Of a stretch of 32,000 nucleotides of DNA, positions 26,773-32,000 are shown piece after piece. A program made the translations under genes and the position numbers. The DNA is from an archaeon (GTDB lineage: Archaea; Iainarchaeota; Iainarchaeia; Iainarchaeales; JANQMZ01): contig JANQMZ010000007.1 in assembly GCA_028279805.1 (NCBI GenBank), positions 360,001-392,000 on the forward strand. The letters run 5' to 3'. Under the pieces are notes generated by a model. That model was not told the DNA's origin. It did no database searches and was given only the letters and a program-made list of their open reading frames with translations. The first letter of the stretch is position 1, and every line of letters starts with the position of its first letter.

Positions 26773-27258
26773 TTAAAGTTTGTTTAAAATTTTTCTGTTT
26801 GCCTCTAAAACTTTTTCCATTAACTGTTTGACAGCTTTTGCATTTGCATTTGAATCGGATATGTCTTTTTTCAAATCATCAACTTTTTTTGACAAATCCT
26901 TTAATTCTTTTAAACCGGTTTCACCTGACACCGGTTTTAATTGTTCAATTTTTGAATGAATCTCGTTCATTGTTTGTTTTTGCTGTTCTAATGCAACATC
27001 TGTCTGAGTTTGCCTGAAATCATGTTCCTGTGCCTGCACATCCAGGTGTTCTTTTACTTTTTTGGCAGTGTTTTCAGCAACAACATCAGGTTCTTCCACA
27101 GATTGAGGTTCTGAAACTGAGCCAATTTTGGTTAAAAAATTCTGAGCTTCTTCCGATGACAAGCCGATGTCCTGCAACGTGGTTACAATAATTGAATCTT
27201 CAACGCCTGAATTTTTCATTTTTTTAATGGTATCCATTACCACTTTTTCATTAACCAT
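26773..27258 (-). CDS. Coiled-coil protein (162 aa) with a small UBA-like N-terminal helical domain; function unknown
   Basis: The ORF track starts at 27324. I prefer the internal ATG at 27258 (MVNEKVV...) because GGTGA (complement of 27263-27267) sits 4 nt upstream. The residues upstream of it in the ORF-track product (MFALFKSIKYCLTHITLFSGEQ) show no features that support the longer 27324 start. The C-terminal two thirds are heptad-like and charged. It shares QKQ..SKIEQL and LKELK with the 28903 product. Confidence 0.6.
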   Translation of the reverse strand: MVNEKVVMDTIKKMKNSGVEDSIIVTTLQDIGLSSEEAQNFLTKIGSVSEPQSVEEPDVVAENTAKKVKEHLDVQAQEHDFRQTQTDVALEQQKQTMNEIHSKIEQLKPVSGETGLKELKDLSKKVDDLKKDISDSNANAKAVKQLMEKVLEANRKILNKL

Positions 27259-27330
27259 TTGCTCACCGGAAAACAACGTAATATGCGTTAAACAATATTT
27301 AATGCTTTTGAATAAAGCAAACAATAGAAT

Positions 27331-27338
27331 TATTTAAA
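27331..27338 (+). promoter_or_regulatory. TATA-like octamer (TATTTAAA) in the divergent intergenic region 27259-27386
   Basis: This is the third exact copy of the octamer. It lies 56 nt upstream of ATG 27387 and is bracketed by an AAACAATA / TATTGTTT inverted repeat. Confidence 0.3.
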
Positions 27339-27386
27339 TCTTAACCTTTTTTATTGTTTTAATCACAATAATATGCACTGATTCAA

Positions 27387-28898
27387 ATGGATTTCAAACT
27401 AAATCACGGGCCATGGAACAAATTGTTTTCAGGGCAAATAGAAGAACATGAAGTTGAAATTTATTCAAACCAGAAAGGAATGCTTTTATCAATGATTTAT
27501 GATGAAGAAAATGGTGAAAAAAAAGGAGCATTAATTGAATTGTTTAAGGTTTTTTTTGCAAAAGGAGAATTGGAACATTTTGCGGAATCATTGTCAAAAA
27601 ATGCAATTTCTTTTGTTAAACATTCACAGGCCGGAAACATAAAAATTTTAATGATTGATTCAGGAGCAGATTATGTAAAATTTGAAGAGGAATTGTTTGC
27701 ACAGGAAGTTGACCAAAAAATTGAACAGCTTTCAGCATTCAGTGAAACAGTTAAAGAGTCAGCAAAAGCAAACGAATTGGAATTAAATGAACTTGAAAAA
27801 GCTTCAGAAGAAGAAAAAGGATTTTTTTCAACAATGCCCTTATTACAATTAATTTTAGCACCCAAACTAAAAAAAGAAATAAAATCAGCAATTGAAGGAA
27901 AACCTGTTACACACGGAGAACTTATTTTAGGAAAAACAAAAACAGGAGAAATGTTAAAAGAGCCCTTGGCAGTATTTGAAAAATCAGTGGTAATAGGCGG
28001 AAACCATAATGAAAGAATGAAAGTAATCCATGTTTTCAGTGAAAGCGCATTGCTTTCAGGTTTTTCAACAATAATAATAGACCAGGAAGACAATTTTGAA
28101 TTGTTAAAACAGCAAACCTCAAAACCTGAAAAACTAAAAGAATTCGGAGTTGACATTGACCCCATTGGCTTCCCAATAAAAACATTCAAACCCTTAGAAG
28201 ACATAAAAGTCAATTTACAGGTTGTCAACCCAAAAGCATTGCTTGAATTGTTCGGATTAAAAAAAGGAATAGTGCTTGAAACAATTGTAAAAACAATGAA
28301 TGAAAACAAAACAGAAAGCATTGAAGAATTAATAAAACTGGTTGAACAAATGCCTGAAACAAAAGAATTAAACAGTTTTCAAAAACAAAGAACCATGAGA
28401 GTTTTACAATTAATAGAAGAAACCCATCCGAGGCTGTTCAGCGGAACAAACAATGTTGAAGAAATTGAAAAAAAAGGAATCAAAGGAATCGGAAGGGCAG
28501 GCATACTCAAAATAGGAAAAAATCCAAGAGAAAACTTGCTTTTAATCAATTCCATTTTCAAAGAACTTTTAGAAAAACACAAAAAAGAAAAAAAAACAAG
28601 CCAGTTAAATTCTTTTATTGTTTTTCCAAAAACAGATTCTTTAATGAGAAGAGAATCGGAATTGTCAATGGTTCGGGAAACTGCGGAAACATTAAAAGAA
28701 TTATCAGAATATGGCGTTGGGTTCATAGCAGAAGCAGAACATTTTACTGACTTGGATGAAAATTTAAGAAAAGAATTTGAAAGCAAGTTAACAATAATAA
28801 AAGATGATGATGTGGGAATAGAACTGGAAAACAAAAAAAATTACAGAATAACCATAAGACCAAGTTTAAGCGACTGCAATTCAAACCTGGAGAATTAA
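27387..28898 (+). CDS. HerA/DUF87-like protein (503 aa) with apparently degenerate Walker A and Walker B motifs
   Basis: The layout resembles HerA-type ATPases as I remember them. ILGKTKTGE...VFEKSVVIGGNHNERMKV occupies the place of ...H.lI.G.TGSGKS. TIIIDQEDNF resembles vl.iD.hGEY. SFIVFPKTDSL occupies the place of lvviEEAH. EYGVGFIAEAEHFTDLDENL resembles GRKyGvgl.l.sQrPsdld. No GxxxxGK[ST] occurs anywhere in the protein. Confidence 0.35.
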   Translation: MDFKLNHGPWNKLFSGQIEEHEVEIYSNQKGMLLSMIYDEENGEKKGALIELFKVFFAKGELEHFAESLSKNAISFVKHSQAGNIKILMIDSGADYVKFEEELFAQEVDQKIEQLSAFSETVKESAKANELELNELEKASEEEKGFFSTMPLLQLILAPKLKKEIKSAIEGKPVTHGELILGKTKTGEMLKEPLAVFEKSVVIGGNHNERMKVIHVFSESALLSGFSTIIIDQEDNFELLKQQTSKPEKLKEFGVDIDPIGFPIKTFKPLEDIKVNLQVVNPKALLELFGLKKGIVLETIVKTMNENKTESIEELIKLVEQMPETKELNSFQKQRTMRVLQLIEETHPRLFSGTNNVEEIEKKGIKGIGRAGILKIGKNPRENLLLINSIFKELLEKHKKEKKTSQLNSFIVFPKTDSLMRRESELSMVRETAETLKELSEYGVGFIAEAEHFTDLDENLRKEFESKLTIIKDDDVGIELENKKNYRITIRPSLSDCNSNLEN

Positions 28899-28902
28899 AA
28901 AT

Positions 28903-29355
28903 TTATTTTTTGGATGTTTTTGATTTTTCCATTTTTTCATTAATCAAATCTTTAGCCTGGTCAAGTGTGACAAATTCCAGAGGATTAATTGATTCAATTA
29001 CAGATTTTAATTCTTTAACAACAGTAAAATCCGTTTTAATGGATTCAATTTCGGAAGACATCTGTTCAATTTTGGACGCATTCTGCTCCAGTTGTTTCTG
29101 CAAATTGTTCAGCTGTGATTCCAGATTTGCGGGAATTTTTCCGGATCCGTTTTGAATGCCTGTTTTTTCAAATTTTTTGCTTAAAACAATCAAATTTTTT
29201 CCCAAAATTTTTTCATTGCGGACAATATGCTTCAGTTTTTGTGAAATTAAGTCAATTGAACTGTTTAACGCTTTAACATCCTCAACAATATGGCTAAACA
29301 AAGCATTATCCTGTTTACCGGCTCTCGGAGGCGAATGTCTTCTAATTGCAGGCAT
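28903..29355 (-). CDS. Coiled-coil protein (150 aa); function unknown; possibly related to the 26773 gene product
   Basis: ATG (complement of 29353-29355) lies 30 nt from a TATA-like element. The sequence is charged and heptad-like. The segments LQKQLEQNASKIEQM and VKELK echo the 26773 product. Confidence 0.6.
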   Translation of the reverse strand: MPAIRRHSPPRAGKQDNALFSHIVEDVKALNSSIDLISQKLKHIVRNEKILGKNLIVLSKKFEKTGIQNGSGKIPANLESQLNNLQKQLEQNASKIEQMSSEIESIKTDFTVVKELKSVIESINPLEFVTLDQAKDLINEKMEKSKTSKK

Positions 29356-29377
29356 GTTTAAAGTAAACTCAAACCTC

Positions 29378-29385
29378 TTTAAAAG
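29378..29385. promoter_or_regulatory. Shared, centrally placed TATA-like element between divergent genes 28903-29355 (-) and polB (+)
   Basis: TTTAAAAG lies exactly 30 nt from both ATGs (29355 on the minus strand, 29408 on the plus strand). Neither gene has an SD. Confidence 0.4.
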
Positions 29386-29407
29386 TCTTTTACATTAAGT
29401 TTTTTTG

Positions 29408-31819
29408 ATGGCAAGAGAAATAACAGGTGTTCTAATTGACGCGGATTACAGGCAAAAAGGGCCTGATTCGGTTATCAGGCTGTTTGTAAAAACACCTGAA
29501 AAAACGGAGGAATTGTTTGACCCGGATTTTGAGCCATATTTTTATGTTTCAGCTGAAAAAAATGAAAAAATGAAAAAAATTCTGTTAGAAAAAGAATTTG
29601 AAGGAGTAAAAGTTAAAAAAATTGAAATTGTTGAAAAACAATTATCTCCGAATGAAAAACCTGAAAAATTGCTAAAATTAATTTTTCACGCAACATTTGA
29701 TTTGACAAAATGGCGGGACAAAGTTGTTGACATTGAAGGATTTAAAGAAAAAAGAGAATATGACATTCCATTTCACAATCGTTATCTTATTGACAAACAA
29801 TTAGAGCCGACCAATCTGGTTAAAATTAAAGCTGATGGAAATGAAGTACTGGAAATAAAAAAAGCAGGGGAGCCAAAAGAAGATTTTACAATGGGTTCAT
29901 TTGATCTGGAAACATATTCAAGGGGAAAATTTTCAGATGCAAAAACCGATCCGATTTTAACAATTTCTTATGCTTCAAAAAAAACTGAAAAAGTTTTAAG
30001 CACAAAAAAAATTAAGCAAAAATATGTTCAGTTTGAAGAAACAGAACAAAAAATGATTCAGGCATTGGTTGATGAAATAAAAAAAGACAATCCTGATTTT
30101 TTAATAACATATAACGGGGATTCATTTGACTTTCCTTATTTGAAAGACAGGGCTGAACAATTCAAAATAAAACTTGACATGGGCCTGGATGGAGCAGAAC
30201 CAAAAGCAAAAAGAAAAGGATTTGGGTCAGCAGTGCAGGTTAAAGGCCGGCCTCATTTAGATGCTTTTCAGATAGTCAGAATTCTTGCAAGATTTCAGGT
30301 AATAAATTTATTAAAATATGATTTGGAATCAGTTTCAGAAGCATTACTGGGAGAAAAAAAAGAAAAAATTCAGGCAGCAGAAATAAATCAAATCTGGGAT
30401 TCAGGAAAAGATTTAGAAAAACTGGCAGATTATAATATTGCAGATGCAATAACAACCCACAAACTAACAGAACAATATCTGCCATTGTTTCTGGAATTAA
30501 GCAGGCTTGTAAAGCATGTTCCCTTTGATTCAAGCAGAACAAGCGCAGGACAACTGGTTGAATACCTTTTAATGAATAAAGCCTTTATTGAGGGCATTTT
30601 AATACCAAATAAGCCATTTGAATCAGATGTTAAAAGCCGTGATTTGTCGCCTATTACCGGAGGATATGTAAAAGAACCAAGGCCCGGATTGCATGAAAAC
30701 TTGGCTGTACTGGATTTTACAAGTTTGCATCCGAGCATAATGATTTCACACAACATCAGTCCTGACACGTTAAATTGTGGTCATGCTGATTGCAAGAAAA
30801 AAAATTCTGCTCCCACCGGAGACTATTTTTGCACTGAAAAAAAAGGATTCATGTCAGGCATATTGGAGGAATTGTTTAACAGGAGAAAAAAATTAAAAAA
30901 AGAATTAAAAGAATTGAAAAAAGGTTCACGTGAATACAAATTGATTCATGCAAGACAGCATGCTTTGAAAATTGTGTTAAATTCTTTTTATGGTACACTA
31001 GTTTTTCCAAGATTTAGATGGTATTCAAGAGAATGTGGGGCAGCAGTAACAGCATGGAGCAGACAATATGTTAAAATGATTTCAAAAAGAGCCGATGAAA
31101 ATGGTTTTGAATCAATTTATGGTGATACAGATTCGGCTTTTTTAAAAATTCCTGAAAATAAAACAAAGCAAAATGTAAAAGAATTTGTAAAAAAAATTAA
31201 TTCAGAATTGCCGGGCATAATGAATTTGGAATTGGAAGATTTTTATAAAAGAGGAATTTTTGTAACAAAAGAGTCAGGTGAAGCGGCAAAAAAAAGATAT
31301 GCATTGGTTGACTTTAAGGGAAATTTAAAAATTGTCGGCTTTGAATATGTTCGCAGAGACTGGGCAGGCGTTGCAAAAGAAACTCAAAGAGAAGTAATTG
31401 CAGCAATTTTGGATGAAGGGGATGTGGACAAAGCTGCAAAAATTGTTAAAGAAAAAATAAAACAATTAAAAGACGGAAAAACTCCGAAAAAAGATTTAAC
31501 TGTGTTTACTCAAATCAGGCAAGGGTTAGATGAATACAAAAGTGTCGGGCCGCACATTGCAGCTGCGAAAAAGGCTGTGGAAAAAGGAAAAGATTTGGAT
31601 TCTGGTTCAATAATTGAATACATTATAACACGCAGGGGAAAAAGCATTAGTGATAAAGCGCAATTGGCTGAATATGTAAAAGAAGGGGATTACGATGAAG
31701 AATATTACATTTCAAACCAGGTTATTCCGGCTGTAATAAAAATAATGCGGGAATTAGGTTATTCAGAAGATGACCTGAATCACGGGGGAAAACAGGTTGA
31801 TTTAAGTTCTTTTAGCTAA
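29408..31819 (+). CDS. polB: Family-B DNA polymerase (archaeal PolB type, 803 aa from ATG 29408)
   Basis: Exo I is FDLET, Exo II is YNGDSFDFPYL and Exo III is YNIADA. Motif A is DFTSLHPSIM, with His where Tyr is expected. Motif B is KIVLNSFYG, motif C is YGDTDS, and KKRYA and VRRDWAGVAKETQ are present. The N-terminus IDADYRQKG..VIRLF...FEPYFYV is archaeal-type. The ORF track starts at TTG 29405, but ATG 29408 is more likely. Confidence 0.95.
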   Translation: MAREITGVLIDADYRQKGPDSVIRLFVKTPEKTEELFDPDFEPYFYVSAEKNEKMKKILLEKEFEGVKVKKIEIVEKQLSPNEKPEKLLKLIFHATFDLTKWRDKVVDIEGFKEKREYDIPFHNRYLIDKQLEPTNLVKIKADGNEVLEIKKAGEPKEDFTMGSFDLETYSRGKFSDAKTDPILTISYASKKTEKVLSTKKIKQKYVQFEETEQKMIQALVDEIKKDNPDFLITYNGDSFDFPYLKDRAEQFKIKLDMGLDGAEPKAKRKGFGSAVQVKGRPHLDAFQIVRILARFQVINLLKYDLESVSEALLGEKKEKIQAAEINQIWDSGKDLEKLADYNIADAITTHKLTEQYLPLFLELSRLVKHVPFDSSRTSAGQLVEYLLMNKAFIEGILIPNKPFESDVKSRDLSPITGGYVKEPRPGLHENLAVLDFTSLHPSIMISHNISPDTLNCGHADCKKKNSAPTGDYFCTEKKGFMSGILEELFNRRKKLKKELKELKKGSREYKLIHARQHALKIVLNSFYGTLVFPRFRWYSRECGAAVTAWSRQYVKMISKRADENGFESIYGDTDSAFLKIPENKTKQNVKEFVKKINSELPGIMNLELEDFYKRGIFVTKESGEAAKKRYALVDFKGNLKIVGFEYVRRDWAGVAKETQREVIAAILDEGDVDKAAKIVKEKIKQLKDGKTPKKDLTVFTQIRQGLDEYKSVGPHIAAAKKAVEKGKDLDSGSIIEYIITRRGKSISDKAQLAEYVKEGDYDEEYYISNQVIPAVIKIMRELGYSEDDLNHGGKQVDLSSFS

Positions 31820-31844
31820 AAAAAGCTAATATAGGCGTTTTTTT

Positions 31845-32000
31845 ATGGATGAAACAATTGCAAAAAAATACCAAAAAGCAGGCAAAATATTGAAAGAAGC
31901 ACAAGAAAAAGCCAAAAAAAAGGCTAAAAGTGGTGTAAATTTGCTTGAATTGGCTGAAACAATTGAAAAATTCGTAGAAAGTAAGGGCGCAAAACCGGCT
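31845..32000 (+). CDS. map: Methionine aminopeptidase, archaeal/type-2-like (3'-truncated, first 52 aa only)
   Basis: My own translation gives MDETIAKKYQKAGKILKEAQEKAKKKAKSGVNLLELAETIEKFVESKGAKPA. This matches the typical archaeal MetAP N-terminus (..kaGeI...v.e.a...ikpG...lel.e.iE..i...Ga.pAFP). The ORF runs off the window and is too short to appear in the ORF track. Confidence 0.55.
   Translation, partial: MDETIAKKYQKAGKILKEAQEKAKKKAKSGVNLLELAETIEKFVESKGAKPA

Noticed and set aside
26773-27324. The longer 183-aa version of the minus-strand coiled-coil ORF, starting at 27324.
   Set aside because: The extra 22 residues (MFALFKSIKYCLTHITLFSGEQ) would be encoded by the AT-rich promoter-like region. 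The internal ATG at 27258 has a GGTGA SD 4 nt upstream. I therefore prefer the shorter gene, without certainty.
1-32000. The region as a provirus, plasmid or other mobile element, given giant accessory-looking genes and a family-B polymerase.
   Set aside because: I see no integrase, transposase, capsid or terminase-like genes, no flanking tRNA and no terminal or direct repeats. The polymerase has the full cellular archaeal PolB motif set and is followed directly by methionine aminopeptidase, which fits a chromosomal housekeeping context. The window is too short to exclude a mobile element entirely.
1-32000. CRISPR arrays, tRNA or rRNA genes, or alternative genetic code usage.
   Set aside because: Intergenic gaps are all 128 nt or shorter and contain no repeat-spacer periodicity or tRNA-like structure. 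ORFs of 7 kb without interruption under the standard code argue against stop-codon reassignment.

Overview
AT-rich, archaeal-looking chromosomal fragment. Evidence for archaeal origin: a family-B DNA polymerase with an archaeal-type N-terminus, the start of a type-2-like methionine aminopeptidase, TATA-like octamers about 30 nt upstream of several start codons, and GGTG-type ribosome-binding sites inside operons. Three tandem, same-strand, co-linear paralogous giant genes fill 21.5 kb, or 67% of the window. Their products are at least 2281 aa (5'-truncated by the window edge), 2539 aa and 2350 aa. Each complete copy has four parts: a conserved ~40-aa cytoplasmic leader, one signal-anchor helix, a divergent array of PEGA/carboxypeptidase-regulatory-like beta-sandwich modules, and a ~1750-1950 aa Cys-paired core that I cannot assign to any named family. 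The giants are interleaved with, and followed by, small polytopic membrane proteins. At least four, probably five, of these are paralogs of one 3-TM family with a K-x-H-[LI]-G-[ST] loop. A secreted M64-like HEFGH zinc metallopeptidase follows. I read this 27-kb block as a candidate undescribed cell-surface or cell-cell interaction locus, perhaps from a small-genome DPANN-like archaeon; that lineage call is inference only. Downstream lie a HerA/DUF87-like protein whose Walker A and B motifs look degenerate, flanked by two related coiled-coil genes on the opposite strand. Next comes polB, which has His instead of the near-universal Tyr in motif A (SLHPS), and then map. I saw no tRNA, rRNA, CRISPR array, integrase or long DNA repeat.
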